Below the pieces are notes generated by a model that did not search any database, was not told where the DNA came from, and saw only the letters and a list, made by a program, of their open reading frames with translations. Shown here piece by piece: positions 39,623 through 64,000 of a DNA stretch of 64,000 nucleotides. The DNA is from Chara braunii. Taxonomy: Eukaryota > Plantae > Charophyceae. How positions within the stretch are numbered: the stretch's first letter is position 1; each line of letters opens with the position of its first letter. Made by a program: the position numbers and the translations under genes. The DNA is taken from positions 9,973,336-10,037,335 of the forward strand of contig BFEA01000002.1 of NCBI GenBank assembly GCA_003427395.1, written 5' to 3'.

Positions 39623-41917
39623 TTAATAGTTCATTGTGCCCTCCAGTAGTTTATTCACCAGGCCTTCAAAATCCACCCCTTCTTCGATCGAGGTTTTGTA
39701 CTTTCTCTTCTTGCTCGGTCCCGCATCCCCTTTTGATCTTCCTTCCTTAGCTTCACCTTTCCTTCTCTTAGCCCTTATCTCCGCCTGCCTTTCTTCTTCC
39801 TCCCTAATCTTCTCATCCTCATCCTCATCACCCTCTACCGTGATAGGTGGTTCTTCTGCTGCTGGCTGGGAAGCCTGGGCTTGTTCCTTTTGAGGATTCC
39901 CTCCTCCGGGTCTTCTTGTAGCGAACGGAATTATTCCTCTTACGCTTCTTTGACCCCCACTGTTCTTTGCGGCCATGTTGGCCCTCAACATTTTTGGGTT
40001 GGGCTCATTTGGCCCATCTCCCGATCCTCCACATCCCATGGTAAATACTTTCGGACACCCAGCCCCTTCTTTCCCTGCTTCTTCACATATTTCTTGAAGT
40101 CTCAAATGCGGCCTTTGCATTTTATTCACCAGGTCCTCCATCTTATCAAACGTGTCCCTGATGGTAATCCTAACGTCATCCTCTTCTGCTTCTTCTTCAA
40201 CAAGGGGTACGTCCTCCTTGGTTCCTTCGATCCTCATCCGGCTCAGTTTTTCTTCTAGTTCAGTTACATCTTCCACCCGTATGACTGGTCCTCCCTTTTC
40301 TTGCCACATTTTGAACATTCCCGGCGCGTTTGGACCTAGCGCGGCTATGCGAAAGGCCTCTTCTCTAGTGCCTCCCGGAATCTCAGGATCGATCGGCCTT
40401 CCTGTTCTGTCAAACACCTCGCCATCTATGTTTGATGTTATGAGTCCATCGCGCTCGTCAAGTTTCTTAACGTGGCATCGCTTTACTGTGTGCCCTTTGA
40501 TTCCACAGTGGGTACAAATGCGTTCGCTGTAGTCTATCCATCCTCTGCCAAAACCCTGTCCGTTCCATGACCCATTTCCTCTACCAAACCCTCTTCCATA
40601 GCCTTGGTCGTAACCACGACCGTACCCCTGCTGGTATTCTTGCCCTACCGGATTTGCACCCCCTTGGAGTTATCTCCAGTTTCCACCTTGATACCCACTT
40701 CCTCTATTTCCTGCTCCTCGTTCCCCTGGTCCCTGATTCCTACCAGCATCCCTACCTCTTCCATGTCCTTGCCCTTGTCCTTGCCCTTGGGACCTGTTCT
40801 GGTTTTGGCCACCCTGGCGACTCGATCCTGGTTGGTTTTGCCCTGTTAGTTGAAGTTGTCCCGTGTTTTGGTCTCCTCCCAAATTCTGATTCTGGGGTAA
40901 CATGGAATATGGACCCTGCGTAGGCCATGGCCCTACCGGAAAGTACCCAAGCGATGCTCCCATAGGCCGACCCACGGACCATTGACCATATTGCGCTGTG
41001 CTTGTTGATGACTCATGTCCATACTGGACTATCGCCTGTTGAGTAACTTGTCCTTTTCCTGAGCCTTGTCCTCTGATAGCGATATTTTTAGCTTTCCTCT
41101 GATTTTTGGTCAGTTTGCCCGTTCCTTCGGATTCCCCTTTTTCAGCCTCTTCCTCTCTATTTTTCTCTTCCTTCCTCCTTTTTCCTGACGGTTGCGTCAC
41201 TGTTAACACTTTCGACGGGGCCACTCTTTCCCTAAGCTCTTTTATCTCATTTGTCATATTGCTCAACATTCCTCCAAGTATACTATCCGTTCCTTGGAGC
41301 GTCCCTACTGCCTTTCTCTTCTTTCGTTCGACATTGATTTGGTGATGGAACACTTGGTCCATGTCTCCTGCCGCGATGTTTCTTTTGATGGTATCCCAGG
41401 TTGTCTTTCTCCCAGCGGCTCCTCCTCGAGTTAGTTCCATTGCCTCATACCCAGAGAATTTCCCTAGGAAAATGACGCACTGCATTTCTTCAGATAGCCC
41501 CGGGACCCTCTCGGCTGTCTTTTCGAACGTATTGGCGAATGCCCTGATCGTGGTGAAGTCATCTCTGTTCATGTTATAAAGATGGTAAATTGTGAGCAGG
41601 CCATCTCCTAGCTTAAATGTTTTTTGCATGCCCCTCTTAAACTCAGCCCAATCATTGTTGGACTTTTTCACTACCTCTTCCACGTCAGAGGTGCATTCCC
41701 ACCATGCATATTCGAACAATTGGGCAAACTTCTCGGTTGGGGTCAGTTGGTTGAATATCTGCTCGAGTAGTTCCAACCACTGCGTCACCCTATCCCCTTT
41801 GAATGAGAAGATGTCTATCCTTGGTAGGTTAAATCTTTTTATCGTCCTCTTCTCCAGTAACTTGGCGATTTCCGCCGCGGTGATTGACGGATCTCCATCG
41901 GCACTGGCTTCGCCCAT
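39623..41917 (-). pseudogene. gag: Gag (capsid-like, G/Q-rich region, CCHC zinc knuckle); in-frame stop at 40670
   Basis: FSFKGDRVTQWLELLE...WAEFKRGMQKTF; CTHCGIKGHTVKRC at ~40475-40516; ORFs 40670-41917 and 39623-40417 share a frame. Confidence 0.85.
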
Positions 41918-42058
41918 CTCTTTCCCTTTTTCTTTCTTTCTTGGTTCCTGCTAGACCGTAGACCCTGTTAAGACACACAAACGACCATTGATCCACCCTT
42001 TCTGTCATTATCTTGACGCAACTTTTTATGCTATATGACTTTTCATACCTCTTTTCTC

Positions 42059-42838
42059 TCATCCGAGTATCTCTTCTAGGGGCACCCAGTCCCCATGCCA
42101 AAAGCTTCTAACCATACCAAATAAAGAAGAGATCTCATCTATAAATTCTTCAATACATGCCTCCCGGCAAAGATTGCGCCAGTAGGTCGAGAGATCTTCC
42201 AAACGGTAGATGCGTAGATACGTGTTTACCACGCATAGTATGTTATAAAAATCTCTATTATCTAGTTTCGGTCTCATCCCTAAGTATAGACGGTAAACAA
42301 CTTCCAAAGCCTCAAATTCGAAGTCCATCTCTGGAACAGATCGGGCTGCGAGTACTGCCCGTTCTACATTCTCAATCCCCCAAAATGCTTCATCAATTAT
42401 GAAGTTCGGAAACGTGGTTTTAATATACCTTGTTGGATATACGAACTCAGCGGCCCACTTTGCTTCGATTGATTTTATAACTTCTCCTTCTTCTCCCCAA
42501 TACCTTCTTCTTGAAAATGCTTCAAGGGCCATTCCGGCTATCAACACGTATCTAGAGACGGGGCGGCTTTCTCCTATCGCAAGATCGATCGCGTGTGCCC
42601 TCCAGAGAAGGGTTGGTAGATAAAGGGTCACTTTCACTATTGCCTGCCTTTCCCTCGTGGTCCATCTAGTTTCTATCCAAAGGAAGGCTTCTTGTCCTAT
42701 TGGTATCCCGCACCATGACTCCATTTCCTCATCCAAATCTATTGTCCTCTTTGGCTGTGTCATTTTAACTCCTCCTTCCTTTGGCTCAGGCAGGTCGATC
42801 AGGAAGCTCCGGTCAGCGAACCACATTAAAGGAGCCAT
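42059..42838 (-). CDS. Accessory ORF copy 2 upstream of gag, 259 aa, unknown function
   Basis: Open 259-aa frame with globular-like composition; paralog immediately upstream. Confidence 0.75.
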   Translation of the reverse strand: MAPLMWFADRSFLIDLPEPKEGGVKMTQPKRTIDLDEEMESWCGIPIGQEAFLWIETRWTTRERQAIVKVTLYLPTLLWRAHAIDLAIGESRPVSRYVLIAGMALEAFSRRRYWGEEGEVIKSIEAKWAAEFVYPTRYIKTTFPNFIIDEAFWGIENVERAVLAARSVPEMDFEFEALEVVYRLYLGMRPKLDNRDFYNILCVVNTYLRIYRLEDLSTYWRNLCREACIEEFIDEISSLFGMVRSFWHGDWVPLEEILG

Positions 42839-42923
42839 CCCGGTATACCTGTTACAACAGCCAAAGAAAGGACCTTTCTCCTTTTAGTAACTGCTCAATT
42901 TTTCCATTTCTTAACAGATCTTC

Positions 42924-43632
42924 TCATCTCAGTCTCCCTTGAGCACCCTTTCCTATTTGATCGAGGATCCCCTGTTTCGCTTCCTCCCAGTAGACATGCC
43001 TATTTTCCCAATCGTGCTGACGTGCATATGAGTCGACCCTTGCTAGTATGTCTTGAGGATCCCTTCCTTCAATCAAATGCCCTATCTCTAGGTATATGTA
43101 GTATACCAGCAGAGGGGCAGGTGCGTGATTTTCTCTCTCAGGTATTGCCATTGCGGCTTCCGTAGCCCTTTCCACTGTGGTCCCCGCTCCGACGGTTGCA
43201 TCTACGATGAACATAGGAAGGGTTCCTCTTAGATATGCTGTTGGCGGAAGAAATTTGCTAGTCGTTCTTACCCTCACAGTTCCTATCATTCCTTCAAAAC
43301 CCATTCAAACTTGCATCTCTTCCCCTAGACTCGAGCGTGGATTCTGCTACCCACAATAGTCTGGAAAGAGATCGATCAGTTCCTAAGACTAAATTTACTA
43401 TGATAGTTTGCAATTTCTCCGCAGAAAGATATACCGTAACCCTTCCTACTGCGCGATTTTTGTCTCTAACCCATCTAGACTCGATCCAAATGAAAGTTTG
43501 TTCCTCTACAGTAATCCCCTAATAATACCCCATCTCTTCGTTCTCCTCATGACGACTTGACAGTTTCATCATCAGGCCACGCCTCATTTGCACGGGCTCT
43601 CTGATCGTGACTTGATATCGGGCAGAAGCCAT
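42924..43632 (-). pseudogene. Accessory ORF copy 1 upstream of gag (one TAG, one frameshift); unknown function
   Basis: Manual translation MASARYQ..EEMGYY*GITVEEQTFIWIESRW..VTVYL plus ORF 42924-43304; aligns along its length to 42059-42838. Confidence 0.75.
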
Positions 43633-44467
43633 CTTCTTTTCTTTGGTATACTCTACCTACTACACAGCACAATCCAGCCCACATCTCTTATATTTTAGCT
43701 AGTAGACTTATAATCCAAAGATCTGACTGATTCCCCTTTCTATCCCATTATCTCCTTTGATCCTTTTGAACCTTTATATAATCTTTTTGTACAGTAAGTA
43801 TGTTACTAACCTACAAATCTCTATTTGATATAGTAGAAACATTAAAAGCGATATGCACATCCTCCTATCAGGAGACGCAGACTGCGCAACTACAGGAGGA
43901 TCAGGCACGCTTAGTGCCCCGCGGGGCTCCTGTAGGTGAGGCGGTGAAAGGATAGCCAACTGCCTCTTTTGAGATGGTGGGTAACGTTTATGATGCGATC
44001 GACTAGGCAACTCGAAGCGTGGCGGAGATTCTCCGTAACGCCTTGCATACCTATATGAATAATAAGCCATTTCGTCAGGGTCTGGGGTATGCATTCACCT
44101 CTCCTCCCTATACCTTCTTGCCCTCAATCCTTCATTTTTCTCCTCACCATCTTCATTCCAATCCCCCTTTTCTCTGGTCAAGTCCACAGGCTTTTCAGGC
44201 GCCTTCCCTTGTCTGCCGCCTCTTCCTCTACCAGTACCGCTCCCACGACCCTTAGGTGCCATATTTGCTAACTTCCTAGTATAAGTAAGACAATTGTACC
44301 TTTAGTCCCTACCTTACACCCTGACTTGGAACAACTATTCGTCACCACTACCCAAGTTACCTTATCCTTCTTAGAGTCTTAGTTAATCACCGATTTTTAA
44401 TAATTGTCGTTCTGCCTGGATCTTGCTTTACCCGAGTTTGTTCACTAAGGACCTCGGCTTAAAACGA

Positions 44468-44487
44468 GATCCCCGGCAACGGCGCCA
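44468..44487 (-). promoter_or_regulatory. Primer binding site, tRNA-Asp(GUC)
   Basis: Minus strand TGGCGCCGTTGCCGGGGATC, 2 nt from the LTR; complementary to the plant tRNA-Asp 3' end GAUCCCCGGCAACGGCGCCA. Confidence 0.92.
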
Positions 44488-44489
44488 CC

Positions 44490-56457
<11,968 letters not shown>

Positions 56458-57300
56458 CCGTGCTCTTCGTCTTATCATTTCCTTCATCGTCGATTCGATG
56501 TGCATACCACCAATCTTCCTCCTCACTACTCGCATGACCTCGCTCTTCCTAATTCGTTTATCATACAGAGTCTTCACAATGATTCTCGATCTCACATTCA
56601 CCCCATGACTGTCCCTAATTGCCCCGGAGATCATTTGTCTTGCTTTGGTCCGGCTACGTTTTGTAGCAAAGGTCTTTACAACACTGTAGTACTTAACGAG
56701 TTCGCCAAGAGTTTTTTGCCGAAGGCCTTTCTGTAATCGAGGGTTCTTAAACATACGTGTCAGATCATCGCGAAGTGCAAGCGACGCTGGGGAAGCCTCA
56801 ATAACACGAGTAATAGTAACAGTTCCCACCGTTTCGAACTTACTCTTACATCTCCTAAGATGTCTCGTCCCTCGTCCGTACTTAACTCTTGATTCACCGA
56901 AAAGTCTACGGATCAATCTCCATCCATCAACCCATGTGCTTCCACCGTTATAGTGCAAGTCTACAGGCCCCTTCTTCCTATTAAGGCTACGCAAAGCATC
57001 AAGAACCTTGACGGTACTCACGCCCTTATCTCTGATTCGAACTTCGACTAACTTCCCGGCGTCTGATTTATACCCTCCGGTCCTCAGCTTGCTTTCCTGT
57101 CCTGCCCATCTTATCCTCTCTCTACGGCCTGGTCTACTCTTCGTCTTCTTAGGTGCTCTCCGTGATTTGACCGCCCTCACATTCAGGGATGGAGACCAGT
57201 GTCGAATCAAAGCCTTTTCGACCGCTTCTAATTCCGAGCGTTCTGTACCAGTAAACAAGGGTACAGCGACATAATGGTGAGAACCCACTTTCCCCAAATC
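56458..57300 (-). pseudogene. Penelope-like element ORF, N-terminal part: C-terminal half of a GIY-YIG endonuclease plus basic linker (5'-truncated)
   Basis: ELEAVEKALIRHWSPSLNV (E...LI...P.LN GIY-YIG tail); removing the LTR element and one CCGT joins MIRRRAR to VMWRRGPNVG in frame. Confidence 0.8.
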
Positions 57301-57342
57301 AAAGTGAAAATAAAAAGAGAAAAAAGAAAAAAAACAAAATAG

Positions 57343-57497
57343 TGAGTGTGTGAGCACGTTTTGACACCGCCATCTTTGGCGATTTTTTGTTTTTTTTTGG
57401 CTAAGCTAAATGATCTCAAAATTTAGAGGCATGTACCTCACATCATAGAAAACTTAAAAAAAAAACTTAAAGTGTCCAAAACGTGCTCGCCCACTCA
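57343..57497. mobile_element. Small MITE-like inverted-repeat element near the truncated 5' end of the PLE
   Basis: tgagtgtgtgagcacgttttgacac ... gtgtccaaaacgtgctcgcccactca. Confidence 0.55.
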
Positions 57498-57657
57498 ATA
57501 ATTTCATTCTCATTTGATTTTTTTTAATTTTCATTATTATTATTTATTTTTAGTATTTGATTTTTATCTCAAATTTGGTAAGGAATTTAGAAGTAATGTT
57601 AAGGCAAATGTTGCTTAGTTTATTCTTGTGTATAGCATATATATTTTTCAATGTTTT

Positions 57658-57702
<45 letters not shown>

Positions 57703-57899
57703 ATCCGCGTTCGGCCGTTTGAGAAGGGGTGCTGAACGTTCAGGCGTCCTACTTGCCCCGAACACTGGCAACTCTGTATATATATATTATAGGTCCGCGT
57801 TCAACCCAAACGGTCGAATGCATCCCCAAGGGGGGCCGAACATTCGACAGGTTCAGGTTCGGGATTTTGGTCGAACCTAAACGCTGACAACCATATATG

Positions 57900-59720
57900 C
57901 ATATATTAATTTTATTTTTAATTTTAAATTTGGTAAAATAATTTCGATACGACTGTAAGACAAAAGTTGTTCAATTTATTTCTCGGCGTAATTTTGTTTT
58001 TCCAGTTTTTTGCTAGGCTACCAGCCAGGGCACCTGGGTCACCCTGTTTTCTTAGGCGGCCCGACCGTGCAAGGACAAGGGAAGGTCCCAAAAAAAAAAA
58101 AAAAAAACTCAAAAAAATCCTTGGCTACCAGCAAGGCCGCCCGCGTCGCCTTGTTTGCCAGGTAACCAGGCCGTGCATAGGCCAAATAGGGTTTCAAATT
58201 ACCAAAAAAAAAAAAAAAAAACTAAGCTATGCAAAAAAATAAATTGGACAACTTTTGCCTCAGGTCATATCAACATTTTTCACCAAATTGCAAATAAAAA
58301 ATAAAGTTTTTTTTTTTTTTCCTAAGATACCACAGTGGCCCAAGACTACTTGCCCATCTGGAGCATGGTCACCTTAGCATTCGGATAGGAGTGTGGGCGA
58401 TCTAGTGTGACGCTGAGTGGCAGCGGCCTTACAGATTCATTATAAATTTTTGGGTTGAGATCTCAGGAAATAGGCAAAAAAAAAAAAAAAACAGAGACCT
58501 CCCATCAGAAATCACGTCTGAGTGCTTCCCAAGCATCAAATCACAAATGATCTAATCATTGTGGTTGTAACAACAGTGAACAATGTAACTGCCACATTTT
58601 TCTGGAATAAACTCGACTTCTATGAGCAGTGATCATCACGCTTTCCATATACTTTGTGACTGAAGGAGGGCTCCACCCAATGAGATAATTGCACAACAGC
58701 AAGCAAAATACTGAAAATATTTTATCTAGTGGGCCTATGGCCGATCCCACACTCTATTGGGGTTAGCCATACCCCTAATGAATTGAGAAGATTTTCGCGG
58801 GAAGCTTCTTTTACACCGACATGCCCAATGTTAAGGAGAGGAGGAGGGGAATAAAAATTTCCTTACGTGTTTGGGTGATACATCTAAAATACAGACTATG
58901 AGGTCGCAAGTACTGCACAACAAGATTTGGGTCACTCAACTGCCACATTAACTCTTTTCTATCCTATCCCGTTGTTAGTGGGACCATGCTCTCGGACGAA
59001 AAAAAGATTAAAATAAAAAAACCTAAGCTACTAGAGTGGTCCGAGTCCACTTGCCTAGGAGGCAAAAGTTGTTCACTTTATTTCTAAATACCATGTCGAT
59101 TGGCTCTACCAAAAAGAAATAATAAAATAAAAAACCAAAAAGAAATTTAAAAATAAAAAATAAAAAATTATTTTTTAATTAAAATTTTTATTTTTTATTT
59201 GGTAAGGAATTTTGATGTGACTCCGAGGCAATAATAGTTGTTCAGTTGGGACCCACTAAAAAATAATAGTTGTTCAGTTTATTTTTTTGCGTAACATAGT
59301 TTCTTTTTTGGATTTTTTAGATTTTTTTATTTTTTTTTTAGTTGGGACCCTCCCCGGTCCATTCACGACAGGGCCGCCCGAGAAAATAGGGTGACCCGGG
59401 CGGCCTGACTGGTAGACTAGTAAACAACATAAATATTATTTTTCTATTTTAATTTTTATTTTAAATTTAGTAAAGAATTTCGATGTGACCCTGAGGCAAC
59501 GGTTGTCTAGTTTATTTTTCTGCATAACATCGTTTTTTTTTGGATTTTTTAGAATTGTTTTTTTCCACTAAGACCTTTCTTGGTCCTTGCATGGTCGGGC
59601 AGCTTGGGAAAACAGGAAGACCTGGGCGGCCCGACTGGTAGCTTAGTTTTTTTTTTTTTGGCCCGACCGGGCAAGTGATCTCGGACCACTCTAGTAGCCT
59701 ATAAATAATAATAAAAAAAA
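57900..59720. repeat. Modular AT-rich repeat family (right cluster, both orientations)
   Basis: e.g. 59581 ggtccttgcatggtcgggcagcttgggaaaacagg matches 17322; inverted copies at ~58040-58190. Confidence 0.85.
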
Positions 59721-61889
59721 CTATGCTATGCAAAAAAATAAATTGTTTCATCAGGCTTCTCAAACTCATCAGGACCTTTTTTTTTTGTATTTGTATGTGT
59801 GTGTGTGTGCATGTGTATAAAAGAGACGTAGCGGAGATAGAGGTATCGAGAAACTTTCCTCTTCCCCTTTCCCTTGCCCCTGTATGTTTTCCCCTTTCCC
59901 CTTCTTGATAGATAGAGGTGTTGTGGCCGTTCTGCTGTTCGTTCCCCACCCCCTTGTTTCCTCCCGCCCTCCCCCTCCTTTCCCCTCTACTTTACCTCCC
60001 ATCTCCAGCGGTTGCCCATCGACTTTTCCCCTCTCATTTCCCTTATCTCCCTTTACTTTCATCCATAGCCTTGGAGGTCCTCGTCCATTTTCCCTGACTT
60101 TTGCCTTTACTGATCTCCCCCGGGTTGCCCTCCCCCGACATTCTCGTTTTCCAACTCCCATATTGACTAAAAAATGTGAGATGTTTCTCAATACTGAATG
60201 CATGCTTACATTAGGAATTTTTCAACTCGGCTTTGGACGGGATTGCGGCCAAATGCATCTATATCAGGCCGTAATTGCGGTCAAATACATTCAGAGTCCT
60301 GCTAGTGTGAGTGTGCCTTAAGCCATATTTGACAAAGACTCTTGGGTTGACTAAAATAAATGTCGAGGTTACAATAAGGGGGAAAATGACACCTTTGAGG
60401 ATGTGAAAGAAAAGAAAATCATCCTTGAAAACACAATATAAGATTAACGCAATTTTATCAATTTAGAATAATCCCAAATTTACACCCCTCTTATCCTCCC
60501 CTCCCCATACCCCACCACCCTCCCTACAAAGTGAAAAAACAATAAAGACAATGAATTCAAAAATGCCACATCGGGCGCTGGAAAAACAAAACTCCCAAAA
60601 TGACTTGCCCCTCGAGCAAGTCTGGTAGCATAGGCAAAAAGTAGTTATATTATAGGTAGCAAAGCTGGATTTTTGGCACACCCATTTTATCCATAATTTT
60701 GAATCCGGATGAAATTTCCAGATTAATTCGGCCCTGCGCAAAAGAGGTTTTTTATTATTTGTTCCCCCTAAAAAACAACTAGGGTGAATATAGAAACAAT
60801 ACAAACAACTTTAAGCTTGATGTAATATTTGATATCCCAACCAAAATGAAGATAAAAAATAAAATAAAATAATTGAACAATATTTAGCAACCCCCCTTAC
60901 ACCCCTAAAAGCGTAGTTCTACAGTATTTAATATGCACAATATCAATTTTTTTTATTTTTTTTATGTTCTTTTCATTATCCGAATTTCCAGATAATCCCA
61001 CCCCCAGATAATCCAGCCAGATAATCTGACCAGATTATCCGATTACATAATCTGTGCTACTTTGGTTGGGAAAAAAAGTGTCGCAAATCCCCAAATCACT
61101 TTTGTTGTCATTTTTCCACCCTGACTGGACCGGTAAGAGCCGATGTGTAAAAACGGCGGGAAAGTGTTTTGCAAGGTGCAACAATGACGCCGAAAGTAAT
61201 TTTGGGACCTGCAACATTTTTTTCCCTGTTTGGGGGGTACAAAAGTTTCGTCGCGGGGAGGTTTTATAACGTTAGAGAAGTGGAAGGGAAGGGTCACCAA
61301 GTTTGCGGCACTCTGGATAGTGATATATAACACCACCGCAGCAACGTGAAGCCTGCTCCTTACTTAAACTTGAGTTGCTCGGGAGCTGTGTCGAGAGTGA
61401 AATTTCGGCCGATTTGTCACATTTGGGATTCATCTTGTACCCTCTCTCTCTCTCTCTCTTTTGTAGTCGAACTAATATTTATATCATAATTTCAATATGC
61501 CAACAAAACTAATCGTTTTTATAACATTATTCATAACATCATGTAAACAATTTAAAATTACATCACTACCCCTGCTATAGGAAAATTAAAAAAAAAACAC
61601 ATTTCGTGCTTGACCCGCAAATTCCGAACAGGGTGGGAGGCACGTGTGGTGGGGCGTAGGAGGAGGTACCCTTAGCTGCTACTTCAAACCGCCAGTACCT
61701 TCGAGACACTTTTGTTTGGGGTTAGAAACGCCTTGCGCACCATAAAGAATCGAACCAGTGAAAGTCTCCTTTTGACTTCTTCTGCCAATCATTTTGCTCT
61801 GGAAGACATGCCCTAAAAGTTGCGTCGGCATGCAAGCCTCAACTTGAAAAAATAGTGGGGAAACATACTAGTGGTTTTAAAGCGCAGTA

Positions 61890-62215
61890 TGTCCGCTATG
61901 ACGGCATGTCTGACCGTGTTTGTTTGAACTGTCCTTTATTTTTCTGTAAGATTGTTGAATATATTTGGTAGCGACAAACTTTCTCATGATGTCGTTCTCT
62001 CGTATTTGACGCGGAGACTATGCAAACGAAATTATAAAAATATGCATATCTACCAAAGGAATGTCCGCTATAGAGCCCCTTTTTGTTTTTACTGTCGTTT
62101 CTTTTTCTTTACGATTGTTAAAGATGTTTGGTAGTGGCTAACTTGTCCATAATGTCATTCTCTCACGTTTGGCGAGAGACTATGTAAGCGTAATTAGAAA
62201 ACTTGCACATTGACA
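61890..62215. repeat. Diverged ~172-bp tandem duplication
   Basis: gtccgctat...gattgtt.aa.at.tttggtag...atgtc.ttctctc...gagactatg twice. Confidence 0.75.
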
Positions 62216-63956
62216 AAAAAAAATAAACATACACAATAGGACACATAGAGTTGTGCTCCACTATACAACACTCTACATTCACGTTTGAGTGCCCATGGTC
62301 GGGGTTGCGTCCATTTGCATTTCAAGTGTTATGCAGTGGAGGGACACTCGCTAATATAAGTAAGAGTTTTGTTGCTAGACCCAATATATTCAAAATATTG
62401 GAGTCATCTGCTTGCACCTAGTCCATAAAACATCAAAATTTATGTCGAGTGTTTTATCGTGGAGCGAGGCCCCTACTCTCTTACTAATCTCCCATACAAA
62501 AGACCTTGCTCAACTGCACAAAACACTACATGCATACGAACACTTTTTGAACCTGAGACATTCACAATACTGGAATTGTCTAAGTGCTTCAAGTCTGAAA
62601 ACGTCAAAATGCCTCAATTCAAAAACGTTATATTCCCGCCATACAGTCTACACGTGTTTTCATTTTTACTCCCTTATTAACCCCCTTCTCTTGTACGCCT
62701 ATGTTCGACTTCGAACCTTTCATACAGGTTAAAAAAACAATTATCCTGATGCGATGGTAGTTGAAAGAAACTTCTTATTGGAGGACTGATTATTTTAACG
62801 TGGTTTGTTAAAATAGTTTCAGGAGTAGTGGTGGTTTAACATCCTCTCTATAAGGTATTTTTAAAAAATATTTCAAGCGTCAGAACACGGGTGGTTCGTC
62901 TTTTAATAGTCTACATTTTTCATTAGCATTAAACTACCAATGCCTTTCAGGATGGAAACCTAAGTCGTAAATATAACCTATAGCGCATTCTTCAGAGGCC
63001 TATGGAGGTCAGGTGTTACCAGACCTAAAAGGTTGGCGTCGAAAAAAAAAGAAAAACGTCACTCTGGTACTTTAGCCAAAGTTTGACACGCAGTTTTACT
63101 CCGGCTCGACAAAAAAAGGCTCGTAGGTAGTGATGGTTTAAGGTTCAAAACACAATTGACCGACCGAAACGACAAAGTGAGGGTGAACTACATACTAAAA
63201 AAAAACACATCACGACATGAGTCCGTGACCTCTCGGTCATTTAAAGAGAAATAAAATCAAAAGAGAAAAGAGTTCCCAACGGTATTCCCGAAAGTCCAGA
63301 CTGCATCATCATCCCATTTTATATGTATGAGATGTCTGGCGTGCAGTCGTCGAGGCTTTACGATCTTTGACTTCCGCCTCTACTGATTGCCCGCACCGAC
63401 GCAATCATTATTGGATACTTGGAGGAGGTTTCAACACATGAGATGATTGCCTCTTGCTCACCTGACAAACCAGACATAACAAAAATGCAACCTGAATAAA
63501 ACAAGATAACATCGAAACTCTAAGAAAATGTTTTTACTGGGCCCAGTGGGGAGTGTCTTTAAAGACCTAGGTTGTGCTTTAAACCACGACTACCTTTCAT
63601 TGCTTTAAATCTAAGGCCGGGTAACCTGATAAATCGAATTGGTGATCCATTTTCGTTTCAGGCCTCCACCATCGGTGGCCGGCATATGAGAAAGGTACGG
63701 GTGGTTTAAATATTACAAGTGGACCCGCCGCAACGAAGCACGATGACGAAAACATTTTGCGAAACCCCCCAGCCATCAGTTGGACCCCATCTTTGCAATG
63801 TACCCGTACCGGACGCGGCCCAACTTTGCAAAATGCCCCGGCAACTGCCAAGTTTTTGTAGGTGCAACTGCAAAAGGCCAAGCGGATTTGCTCTCTCTCT
63901 CTCTCATCATTCTTTGCCTGTGTTGTTTCCCCTTGCCAGCAATCTGACTCTCCCCT

Positions 63957-63992
<36 letters not shown>

Positions 63993-64000
63993 TCTCTGCT

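Noticed and set aside
59800-64000. Host protein-coding gene
   Set aside because: Only short ORFs without recognisable motifs; small exons cannot be excluded without transcript data.

Overview
Repeat-saturated eukaryotic DNA; I found no host gene I can support. The element types and microsatellites suggest a streptophyte alga such as Chara, which is inference only. (1) 1-4178 is the decayed 3' half of a chromodomain-bearing Ty3/Gypsy element (+ strand) with its PPT and a probable 3' LTR. (2) ~4.2-19 kb holds tandem duplications, minisatellites, palindromic MITE-like hairpins, microsatellites and two N gaps. (3) A minus-strand Penelope-like retroelement with permuted domain order (GIY-YIG tail, CxC linker, RT, thumb; Naiad/Chlamys type) is split into ~19717-21512 and 56458-~57300. 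(4) The splitting insertion is a ~34.9 kb minus-strand Ty3/Gypsy LTR retrotransposon at 21513-56457. It has a 4-bp CCGT target-site duplication, ~12.0 kb and ~9.9 kb LTRs and a 20-nt tRNA-Asp PBS. Its internal order is unusual: two paralogous unknown ORFs, gag-pro, a candidate UUUUUUA -1 frameshift, RT-RH-INT, then a second gag-like ORF (capsid-like motifs, coiled coil, CCHC knuckle). The LTRs carry a higher-order hairpin array, tRNA-like Pol III boxes and captured repeat modules. (5) 57.3-64 kb is non-coding repeats. All retroelement polyproteins carry stops or frameshifts. Some LTR blocks look gap-filled from shared sequence.
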